This document shows positions 39,591-48,008 of a DNA stretch of 64,000 nt, one piece after another (position 1 is the stretch's first letter; the number at the start of each line of letters is the position of its first letter). Origin of the DNA: Candidatus Obscuribacterales bacterium. Lineage in GTDB: Bacteria > Cyanobacteriota > Vampirovibrionia > Obscuribacterales > Obscuribacteraceae. A program made the position numbers and the translations under genes. The stretch covers positions 1,152,001 to 1,216,000 of the forward strand of contig CBDDIJ010000002.1 of assembly GCA_965228855.1 (NCBI GenBank). Direction: 5' to 3'. The notes under the pieces were generated by a model. The model was not told the origin of the DNA. It did not search any database and was given only the letters and a program-made list of their open reading frames with translations.

Positions 39591-42431
39591 GTGTCTGCGT
39601 GCCTTGAAGAACCAACTGTGAAGGCACCTCAACTCGACACAAAATTTCTGCAGCGATTTGAAAAATTGTTGCCGCTTTTTGTCTTCTTGTTTTCGCTCGC
39701 CATAAGGCTTTTCTTCGACCTGAACAAATCGGATCAGCGTTTATGTAGTTTTGGTGACGGCTATTTCTTCCTGAAGACCGGACAGGAACTGGCTAAGGCT
39801 CTTGTGGGCTGCGCTAGCTTCTCCGACTTTCTTGTCAAACTGACCGTGCACACCTCTGAAGTCGCAGGCGGTGTAGCAACCTTCGGCTCAGGCGCGCTAG
39901 GGGATCGCCTTTTGCTGGACGGTCCGGTCTACACGAGCTTTCTTGCACTGGTGCATATTCTGTCGGGCATCGTCACAACAACTGATTATGCCAATAACTC
40001 TAGAATATTTTCAGTAGCGAATTCGATTATCGACGCGTTCTCTTGCGTGCTCGTGTTTCTCTGCGGTCGCATGGCTTTCGGTCGGAAAGCCGGCCTGATT
40101 GCAGCTTTGCTGCTCAGCATCTATCCTGCATCGGTTCTCAACACACGTTTGTGTTACGGCGAGCTGTTTACCTACTTCTTGTTTTTGCTCTGGTCTGCGC
40201 TAGCTCTTGGCTTGACCGGCTGTCTCGAGCGGGCAAAGCCGGTTTTGGGAATTGTGTACGCCACTATCCTTGGTGCTGTTTCGGTTTTGATTTTGCTAGC
40301 CAAATCACTTTTTGCTCCACTTCCTGTTATCGGTTTGCTGGTGCTTTTCGCGAAGAAGGAAACTCTCTCTAAACCCAAACTTCTGGGTTTAAACACTGCT
40401 GCGATAATTGCAGGTGCGGTGATCGTGATGGCGCCCTGGCTCTGGTTTACTCATGAGGTGACAGGAAAGTTTACTCCCTGGGTAAATCGTGCTCCCGGTT
40501 ACAATCTGTTCGTCGGAAATCAGCTATACACCGACGGTTGGCGTACCTGGCCGGCGCAAGACGGTATTCCTAACGAGGCGAGTGTAGCGTTAAAATCGCT
40601 TGGGCAGAACTTTAGCGAGGATCCGCTGCAGTTTTCCGCGCTACAGCTTCGCAAGGTATCCAGACTCTGGGGCGGTGTTTGGAACGACTTCCAGCATCGA
40701 TTTTTTGGAATTGCCTGGCAGGCTCAGAATGTTTTTCACAACATGATTCTTGCGTTTGCCGTCTTGGGCTTCATCGTGTCGCTCAAGGCATCTGAGGCGG
40801 TTCGACGGAACTCGATTGTTTTTGCTGCGTTCGCTGCGTTTCATTCGTTGTACGCAGGATTTGAACCGGTGGCTCGTTATGCAATCAGTGCGATGCCGTT
40901 TGCGTGCCTGCTTGCCGCGAATGGTCTTGCTGGTTTGACAAACCCGCTAAAAGACAGGCGCTTCTATGTGCTATTGATTTTCAGCATTGTATTTTTCACT
41001 GCTCTCGACAGGCACTTCAGCTTCATTCCGCAGCTGTTTGCGGTCCTGCCTACCGACATGTGGACTGCTATCGCACTGCTTGACGGGGCGATCTGGATAG
41101 CACTATGGATGGTGCTAGCCTTTCTACTTGTGCAGCTTATTGACGCTCCGACGAGATTTCAGAGAGGGCTGGTATGGACTTCCGCGATAACTCTGTCCAC
41201 AGTTTCAATAGCTAATCTGGTCTATGATCCGGCGCGAGCGGAGTGGTCTGCGGAGTTGAAACGTTCGGGCGAGGGAGTGAGCGCCGACATCATCTTGCCG
41301 AGTGATCTAAAGAACCCTCCGCCAATCGCTTATTTGCTTGTCGACATGCAATCGGTGATATCGGCTCCGCAAGTAACGGTTACTGTAAATGAAAAGATCG
41401 TGGGTGCACCGCTGCCGGTGCTACAGTTGATGAGAAACCGTTCTGATGCGTCTGAGATATTCGCTTTGCAAGGGCAGGCGATGATGGTCGACCCACGTTC
41501 TTATCGAAGCTGGTGGGCGTTTCCTGTCCCAATCACATACTTATCGCCAAGTTCGCCGAATAAGATTTCTATACTTGCGAAAGTCCAGGATGGGATTGCT
41601 TTCTCTCCCGTGAAAATTTTTGGAGCCTATCCGACGACCGAAGAGGAATTGGAATCAGTGAGGGAACATGCAGGAGCGCCCCAGGGTGTCCGCAGCATCT
41701 GCATGCCATCGATTAACAAGTTTTCGTGGGTCAAAGGATTCGTGACGATTGATAGAAGAGATCCGCGACCATATGAGGACTTGAAGGTTCGGGGCTTTGT
41801 GCGCAACTGCGAGTTGCACACCAGGCGCGGTGTGATGACTGCTGACTTGTCTGAGCGAGCAGGACGGCAGTTTGGAAGCTATCGAGTTCGATTGTACATG
41901 CCACCGAATACGACACCGGAGTTCGACCTGAATAAGTGGTCGGCTCAGTCGGAAAATTTGTTCGTCAAAAATGAAGAGTTGGTTATTTCCGGCGGCGACC
42001 CTTCCACGATGTCCCTGACTGCGGCTCCAATAGCGCTTCCCCCTTCGCTAACTTCAAGCGCCTTTTACTCCCTGGATTGCGAGCTTCAGAGAGTTAAACA
42101 GAAAAACATCGGTGCCATCACTGTGTCGTTGACTGCGCTGGATGAGCGCGGCGCCGAGCTGAAACACTCCTCGCCCTGGGCGCCTACGTCGTTGACATTG
42201 GGTTCGAAGGGGTGGCAAAAATTCTCTTTCACCGATCGAGTGCCCGAGACTTTTAAGAACGCGCATGATATCAAAGCCTCGATAATGATCTCACCGTTCG
42301 CGGCAGATCGCTTGTTTCTTCACAAGAAAAACGCACTTCGAGATTGTCTCAGAGTGCGTAATGTCAGCCTTGGTTTTTATGATCAGTATGCTCCACCTCT
42401 GTTTCCAATCGACGATGCTTATCTTTATTGA
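39591..42431 (+). CDS. Large membrane glycosyltransferase, GT-C fold, paralog of 36357..39359
   Basis: GDGYFF, DRLLLDGP, AALLLSIYPA, PWL, RYAISAMP; many TM helices. Confidence 0.72.
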   Translation: MSACLEEPTVKAPQLDTKFLQRFEKLLPLFVFLFSLAIRLFFDLNKSDQRLCSFGDGYFFLKTGQELAKALVGCASFSDFLVKLTVHTSEVAGGVATFGSGALGDRLLLDGPVYTSFLALVHILSGIVTTTDYANNSRIFSVANSIIDAFSCVLVFLCGRMAFGRKAGLIAALLLSIYPASVLNTRLCYGELFTYFLFLLWSALALGLTGCLERAKPVLGIVYATILGAVSVLILLAKSLFAPLPVIGLLVLFAKKETLSKPKLLGLNTAAIIAGAVIVMAPWLWFTHEVTGKFTPWVNRAPGYNLFVGNQLYTDGWRTWPAQDGIPNEASVALKSLGQNFSEDPLQFSALQLRKVSRLWGGVWNDFQHRFFGIAWQAQNVFHNMILAFAVLGFIVSLKASEAVRRNSIVFAAFAAFHSLYAGFEPVARYAISAMPFACLLAANGLAGLTNPLKDRRFYVLLIFSIVFFTALDRHFSFIPQLFAVLPTDMWTAIALLDGAIWIALWMVLAFLLVQLIDAPTRFQRGLVWTSAITLSTVSIANLVYDPARAEWSAELKRSGEGVSADIILPSDLKNPPPIAYLLVDMQSVISAPQVTVTVNEKIVGAPLPVLQLMRNRSDASEIFALQGQAMMVDPRSYRSWWAFPVPITYLSPSSPNKISILAKVQDGIAFSPVKIFGAYPTTEEELESVREHAGAPQGVRSICMPSINKFSWVKGFVTIDRRDPRPYEDLKVRGFVRNCELHTRRGVMTADLSERAGRQFGSYRVRLYMPPNTTPEFDLNKWSAQSENLFVKNEELVISGGDPSTMSLTAAPIALPPSLTSSAFYSLDCELQRVKQKNIGAITVSLTALDERGAELKHSSPWAPTSLTLGSKGWQKFSFTDRVPETFKNAHDIKASIMISPFAADRLFLHKKNALRDCLRVRNVSLGFYDQYAPPLFPIDDAYLY

Positions 42432-42437
42432 GCAATC

Positions 42438-42752
42438 TTAGTGTTGCGGGACCGGTGTGGGAGTCGGTCCTGCATTCGGCATAGGCAGCGGTGTTGGGAA
42501 TGGTTCAGGCGTAGGCAGAACGTTCACCTCGGTTGCAGGTGTGGCCGTGTGCGAGGGTGGTTGCGTGGTTGAACTAAATATGTTGAATAGAACCACAAGA
42601 AAGACGAAAACGGCGGTTATCGCAAGGATGCCGATCATTGGCGCTTCCATGCTTGTGCGTTTGTTTTTTTGAAACTCGACTTCTCTGTTGCGAACTTGCT
42701 CTTCCAGAGCTGAGTCGGGTGTGTGCATAAAGCTGGTGTCAGGACGTTGCAT
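42438..42752 (-). CDS. Small single-pass membrane protein with Pro/Thr-rich tail
   Basis: One TM helix; SD GAGGAG; PTPEPFPTP tail. Confidence 0.65.
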   Translation of the reverse strand: MQRPDTSFMHTPDSALEEQVRNREVEFQKNKRTSMEAPMIGILAITAVFVFLVVLFNIFSSTTQPPSHTATPATEVNVLPTPEPFPTPLPMPNAGPTPTPVPQH

Positions 42753-42897
42753 ATCTGCTCCTCGAATCTCGCTGGCGAGACTCAGTTGCCATCTGTAATT
42801 TGCTTGTTACGAGACGGAAGGTTTGTCCTGTGGTTCCAATTTGTGAGCAATGTCAGGTGAGTTTTTAACTTTGGGTTCTTCTCTCCAGAACGGCTCT

Positions 42898-43227
42898 CTA
42901 AGCCCAGTGCTGAGCGACGAACTCATGCTCCATTTGCACAAGTGCGATCGCATTTATAGTCTCCAGCACATCAGGATGGTTTGCACCGAACTCCGGACGT
43001 CTGATGCCCAGGGCTTTTACGAGCAGTTCCTCGGCGCGATCATGATTTTCCATGGCGAGGTTCAGCATTGCCAGCGCGTGCAAGTCTGCTGCCATCGCAG
43101 GATGCTCGGCGCCCACGCTACGCTCCTTGAGTGCGATTGCGCGACTGAGCAATTTTTCTGCTCGTTCGTAATCTCCGACTTCCTCGTAAAATTTCGCTTT
43201 GTGTTTGAGATCTAGAATTTCTTTCAT
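42898..43227 (-). CDS. Small TPR protein
   Basis: GDYERAEKLLSRAIALKERSVGAEHP; RAEELLVKALGIR..EFGANHPDV; SD GAGG. Confidence 0.85.
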   Translation of the reverse strand: MKEILDLKHKAKFYEEVGDYERAEKLLSRAIALKERSVGAEHPAMAADLHALAMLNLAMENHDRAEELLVKALGIRRPEFGANHPDVLETINAIALVQMEHEFVAQHWA

Positions 43228-43578
43228 TGCGATTTCCTCACCGTTAACAATCTCGGAATCGGAATTGAACAGGCGACGGCGAAGCCGCTCTGGTCGGTCC
43301 TATTCAACGAATCAGTTTTGATTGTGTAAATGATCACGCCACCATTGGCGTACCTGGCATCGTAGTCGCTTTGTGTTGTCCTTTGTGATGTGCCCAGGCT
43401 GTGCGACTGATGCTATTCCCAGGGTAACAACAGCTAGAGAAGATGAAAAGTAGGTTACCCACAGGCGAGCAAAGTTACGGGTGCGTAACTATTGTGGGTC
43501 CACTTGCTCTGGTGCGTTTTTCGTGAACTGTAGGGCTGTCAAGGATTGTATGAAAAAACAGCTGCTGTCAATATACTT

Positions 43579-43611
43579 GCAGAAAGTTGACTAAGTTGGT
43601 CAACTTTCTGC
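43579..43611. promoter_or_regulatory. Perfect 13-bp inverted repeat upstream of kinase/methyltransferase gene
   Basis: GCAGAAAGTTGAC-TAAGTTG-GTCAACTTTCTGC. Confidence 0.55.
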
Positions 43612-43701
43612 GAATTAAATAAACTCGCCAAGTGACTGGCTTCCAGCGAAGGTGTTTCTGCTCGGGGGTGTTGCGTTGGCGTGGATTTTCAGGAGGCACT
43701 G

Positions 43702-45051
43702 ATGAATACTCTTGCAGCACAGGTTGTCGACTCACCCGGTTTGGACATAGACCCGCGAATTATTCGACGCATAGAGAACGCCGATCACGTTATTTTGAGT
43801 GGTGCTTCCAGTGCCGGAAAGTCGACGTTCCTGTACGCACTTCGAGAGTCGCATCCCGAGCAGTTTTCCGCCTATCAGCCAGTAATTCCGGCCAACTGGA
43901 TTAATGAGGGAATGCAGGACCTTCCGAGCAAGTCGCTGTTCCACATCAATATGCATCGTCCTATCTACGGCCGAATGCAATCGCGACCTGAGTATCTCTA
44001 TTCGAACGCGGCTGCGCCTGTGACTTGCCAAGAATACGCTTCGGAGCCGGTGTTCAAGCAGTTCTGCAAGGTTGCTCAAGGAAAGGTAATCGCGTTGATT
44101 TTGCTGACTCCGCAAGCGGAACTGGTCAAACGAATCACTGAACGCGCCGTTGTCGAGCCACGTTTCGAGGATAGCAGTAAACCGTACGATAATCGAACCT
44201 GGTCTTGGGTGGCGAAGCTTCAGGATATGAGCGAAACGCTTTCAAATTGGCTACGGCTATTGGAAGAAAAGCATATTGAGCCTGTCTTCGTAGATTCGCG
44301 GGACGGAAAGTTCGTTTTACTCGAAACCATTGAAGAGGCAAAACAGTCAGTCACGGATGGTCAGTTTCGATTGACCGAGGATGACATCAAACACATCTGG
44401 ACCAACGAACCATTCGAGTATCAGCGTATTTCGGACCTGGTCGAGGTAAATGCAAGCAATTTTGTTCAAGGAGATCGAACGTCAACCTCGCAAGAGATCT
44501 TCAAATCCGATTTTACTGATGCGAGCGTACTTGATGTTGGCTGCGCTGGTGGCTATTTCTGTTTTGAAGCCGAGAAGGCAGGCGCCTCAAAAGTTGTCGG
44601 TATCGAACTAAAAGATACTCGATACAGGCAAGCATTGTTGACCAAGCGAATAACTGGTTCAAACGTGCGGTTTGAGCAGACGAATTTGTATGATCTTGAT
44701 TCAAGCGAGAAGTTTGACGTAGTCTTTTTTCTAAATGTCATTCACCACCTGCGAGAACCGATGCGGGCTTTAGAATTGCTCAGCCGGATCACCGCTAAGC
44801 GTTTGTACCTGGAATTTCCAACGCTGACTGACCATAAGTTTTTGTCGACGATCAGCTTTGGATTTTGGAACAAGCTACTTAATCATCTACCGGTTATCGG
44901 AGTGAGTCTGGAAGATGAAGCGGGGCAGACTTTTGTGTTTTCGCAAAGCGCAATCGAGAGAATCCTCGTTCGAAATACCGCTGCTTTTTCTCGCGTTGAA
45001 TTCGTGCAATCGCATATTCCAAATCGGCTGATTGCTGTCTGTCATAAGTAA
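43702..45051 (+). CDS. Fusion of P-loop (NMP-kinase-like) domain and class I SAM-dependent methyltransferase
   Basis: Walker A GASSAGKST, lid-like TPQAELVKRITER; motif I VLDVGCAGG, VVGIE, FDVVFFLNVIHHL; SD AGGAGG before ATG 43702. Confidence 0.8.
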   Translation: MNTLAAQVVDSPGLDIDPRIIRRIENADHVILSGASSAGKSTFLYALRESHPEQFSAYQPVIPANWINEGMQDLPSKSLFHINMHRPIYGRMQSRPEYLYSNAAAPVTCQEYASEPVFKQFCKVAQGKVIALILLTPQAELVKRITERAVVEPRFEDSSKPYDNRTWSWVAKLQDMSETLSNWLRLLEEKHIEPVFVDSRDGKFVLLETIEEAKQSVTDGQFRLTEDDIKHIWTNEPFEYQRISDLVEVNASNFVQGDRTSTSQEIFKSDFTDASVLDVGCAGGYFCFEAEKAGASKVVGIELKDTRYRQALLTKRITGSNVRFEQTNLYDLDSSEKFDVVFFLNVIHHLREPMRALELLSRITAKRLYLEFPTLTDHKFLSTISFGFWNKLLNHLPVIGVSLEDEAGQTFVFSQSAIERILVRNTAAFSRVEFVQSHIPNRLIAVCHK

Positions 45052-45101
45052 ACTGCCAACCGCGCCGCCGGCGCCCTGCAGTCTGTTTAAAGCTCAACCT
45101 G

Positions 45102-45132
45102 AAAAAGGAGCAGGTTTATTAACCTGCTCCTT
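45102..45132 (-). terminator. Intrinsic terminator of encapsulin operon (possibly bidirectional)
   Basis: AAGGAGCAGGTT-TATT-AACCTGCTCCTT 12-bp stem; A-run 45102-45106 gives U-tract on minus strand. Confidence 0.8.
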
Positions 45133-45169
45133 CACAAGCACTTTGACGGCGTGCGTCAAATCACGGAAT

Positions 45170-46021
45170 CTACTTGGAGTGGATTACGCAGATCGCGGTG
45201 GGACGCTTCACTCGCAGAACGAGAGACTCGTACACTCGGAATCTATAGTTCATATCGCTCGGTCCGAGATACGCAATTGAAAGGTCTTCGGCTACCGCGA
45301 TATCGAAGTTTTGCGAACCGGTTGAGAGCAGTGCGGCTGTTTTAGGTGGAACTTGTGGGCTCCAGAGTACGCCATCTGAGCATAGTTTCGATAGTTGCTC
45401 AAGTTCTAAAACCGGTGATTCTTTCACGGGCTTCAGCAACTGCTCGTACATATCGACCGACGTGAGCAGCACGTAGGGGAAGTGGTGCTCCGCATCGAGA
45501 AGCTTTTTGAGCGCGGCGTAGACATCGCGGACGGGGTCGCCGGCCTTGCTCCAGTCTCCGCCTTGAACGTTTTGCGAGCCTGGGCAGTTCAACAATCCGT
45601 GAATTCCCAGCTCTGCATTGCCGTTGAACAACAGTGCGTCTTCGGCATCACCGACCTGGTGCGCTGCGCGAACAGCGTTGGCGTTATCCAGCGGCGATCT
45701 TGTGTCCTGGCTGTATTTGACGTCGCGCCAGTGGAGGATGAAATCCTTGTAGATCAGAGGAACACGAACGTAGGTTTCCTTTTCGTGCGCGCCAATCGGG
45801 CTCGGATCTGGCTTGCCTTCGAGATCGATCTCAGCCGGTGAATCCTTTTTGATGGTTTCCAGAGACACAGTCTCTGTGCCGGCTCCAAGTGGACCGAACA
45901 ATGCCATTAGTTTGCGCGCTACCACTGTTCTACGGACTTCCATAACTGCTGCTTGCAGCATGGCATTCGCTTGCTCAGGAGAAAGCGGCAGCTCAGATAG
46001 TCTTTGATGACTCTTCCACAC
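45170..46021 (-). CDS. Family 1 encapsulin shell protein (Linocin M18 / HK97 fold)
   Basis: ARKLM.LFGPLGAG, VPLIYKDFILHWRD, AEDALLFNG, GLLN, NFDIAVAEDLSIAYLG, FRVYESLVLRVKRPTAIC; 283 aa; SD GGAGG. Confidence 0.95.
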   Translation of the reverse strand: MWKSHQRLSELPLSPEQANAMLQAAVMEVRRTVVARKLMALFGPLGAGTETVSLETIKKDSPAEIDLEGKPDPSPIGAHEKETYVRVPLIYKDFILHWRDVKYSQDTRSPLDNANAVRAAHQVGDAEDALLFNGNAELGIHGLLNCPGSQNVQGGDWSKAGDPVRDVYAALKKLLDAEHHFPYVLLTSVDMYEQLLKPVKESPVLELEQLSKLCSDGVLWSPQVPPKTAALLSTGSQNFDIAVAEDLSIAYLGPSDMNYRFRVYESLVLRVKRPTAICVIHSK

Positions 46022-46024
46022 GGT

Positions 46025-46615
46025 TTAACCTCCTTGGTTCCACAGTGGTCCAACTGTCCATTGGTTTGTTTCAGCTGGCTGATTTGGTTTTGTTTGATGA
46101 CTTTCGCGCGAACCGCTGTGACCGCCGTGAGCACCACCGGTGTGGGAGCTCTGACTGCCATGCGCGCCATGCGCGGCGTGTTCCCGGATACCGCCTCTAG
46201 CACCGTAACTGGTGCCGTCGGTTCCTTCTTGCAAGAACGTTGCTGCGGATGCAGCACTGCCTGCGGTACCAGGTTCTTGAGCATGCCCGGTCGGCGTGCC
46301 TAGTACCATAGTCTGCCATTCAGCATGTTCTTCCATAAAATGATGAAGCAGTTCTTGCTTCAGATCGAGAGGCATCGAAGCGTCGTTCATTACTCGCTGA
46401 AGAACGAAGCTGTGGTCGAGCATCTTCTGAGTCAACGCCGTGGGATTGACGTTGTGGAGTTCTTGAAGAGCGACAGTGTTCTCTTTCTCCTCAAGAATAA
46501 TGTGGTCAATGAGCCTTCCTCTTATGTCATCAGCGACTCCAGGTTCGCTTAGAAATCTATAGAAGGTCTCGGTATGGTCTGCGATGTTGTGCAGAATTTC
46601 TGCAATTTCCATCAT
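46025..46615 (-). CDS. Encapsulin cargo protein: hemerythrin/HHE-like helical domain, His/Gly-rich linker, C-terminal loading peptide
   Basis: H14..H38xxxE42..H68..H92xxxE96; C-terminal WTVGPLWNQGG resembles LTVGSL targeting peptides; 3 bp upstream of shell gene. Confidence 0.8.
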   Translation of the reverse strand: MMEIAEILHNIADHTETFYRFLSEPGVADDIRGRLIDHIILEEKENTVALQELHNVNPTALTQKMLDHSFVLQRVMNDASMPLDLKQELLHHFMEEHAEWQTMVLGTPTGHAQEPGTAGSAASAATFLQEGTDGTSYGARGGIREHAAHGAHGSQSSHTGGAHGGHSGSRESHQTKPNQPAETNQWTVGPLWNQGG

Positions 46616-47016
46616 CTACAGCTCCTGTACGAGAAAAGTGAATTCGAATTCGGTCGGTATGACGACTAGTTTACGTTACTGAACTCCGAGAGTTAACCAA
46701 GTTGCGGTTGCGGAAAATACACTCAAAAGTGCATCGGGCGGTCGTTCTCATTTTTGATGAGAACCGTTCGCATCTCTGCGACTGACTCACAAAAACACTC
46801 AAAGGTTCACCAGCGCGACTTCTTTGACCGTTTTGGCAATTCTGTCCTGCTGGCATTTTGCGAAGTGCGCTCCCAAAGTTTTCTCATTTTGAGATTGTTT
46901 CTGTTAAGCAAATGGACAAGGGGCGGATAATCGCTGTCTTGACTTCTGCGGAACCCGCCTTAAAAGTGTTGAGAATGGGAATATTAAAAGCACATTCTCA
47001 ATTAGAGGGAGCGATT

Positions 47017-47394
47017 ATGTTTGTTGGGAAGAAACGTACAAGAGAGCTTGATACAACTGACGAGTTTCAGAACGTCTGGTTTTCCGGCGCTCCTGCTGCC
47101 GAAAAGAAGGCTTCTCCTGTGAAGCAGAATATGGAAGCGATCAAGGCTTACGCTTATGAGGCTTTTGACCGGCTCGACCTCAATCACAACGGCTTTATCG
47201 AGACCGACGAGTTGTATGCGGCAATGGACAATCCGGAAACTCCGATGCGCGAAAAATCGTACATTCTCTTTCTGTTGACCAATCAAGCGGAAATCGCAGC
47301 ATCTGCGCAGGAAGGCGTAAGCGAGCAGCGCGATGGAATCTCTCGCATTGACTTGGATCTCTATTTTCGATTGGTGCTGTCGAGATTGAATTGA
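47017..47394 (+). CDS. Small EF-hand calcium-binding protein
   Basis: Canonical loop DLNHNGFIETDE preceded by AF; degenerate second DGISRIDL; SD GAGGGA. Confidence 0.75.
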   Translation: MFVGKKRTRELDTTDEFQNVWFSGAPAAEKKASPVKQNMEAIKAYAYEAFDRLDLNHNGFIETDELYAAMDNPETPMREKSYILFLLTNQAEIAASAQEGVSEQRDGISRIDLDLYFRLVLSRLN

Positions 47395-47433
47395 TGTTTC
47401 TCTGATCGCGTTGATCGTCGAGATTTAGTGCCT

Positions 47434-47468
47434 GAGCCAACATTTCTTATGTTGGCTCTTTGCGTTTT
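47434..47468 (+). terminator. Intrinsic terminator after EF-hand gene
   Basis: GAGCCAACAT-TTCTT-ATGTTGGCTC followed by TTTGCGTTTT. Confidence 0.7.
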
Positions 47469-48008
47469 GAAGTCGCTCCATGGAACTTGCGATAGAAAAG
47501 TTACGCGAAGGTGTAGCAACTTTTCGCAATAAACCTATAAAGCTTTCTTCCAGAAACTAGACGAGGACTGGCGTTGATCGATCTGAGTAGAAAAGGCGAG
47601 AGTGGTTTCGTGATGATTTCGTGATTGCTCCTGTGCCTTTTACCCTTATATGTTTTTCGTTCGTTTTTCTTGCTGATACCACGAAACCGAGTAGTAGTCC
47701 GGCAGTTCGCTTGCCAAGCGCTAAAGAGGGAAAGCTATAAATTGTAACTTTCATTAACCGCAATTAACCGCCGTTTGACAAGTGCAGGACGGGAGTTCAA
47801 GGAATCACCCGGGTTACTTTCGCCGTACTGTCTAGGTTCTAGCGTTGAAAGGCTGTACTATTTGAGTCGCATATATGAAACCCCATGTATTGTTGTCAAA
47901 CAGTCGCCGGGGCTTCTGATATGTCGCGTCGCCCGGTAACCCTGGAGAACTGTTGCCTGGCCTGGTGATTACCGGAGTCCTCAAAAATCAATTTCGCATT
48001 TCTTATCG

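Noticed and set aside
45170..46021. Phage major capsid / prophage interpretation of the HK97-fold gene
   Set aside because: No terminase, portal, protease, tail or integrase nearby; motifs and upstream cargo fit an encapsulin
46858..47016. N-terminal extension of the EF-hand ORF from TTG 46858
   Set aside because: ATG 47017 has a clear SD, and the extension overlaps probable promoter palindromes
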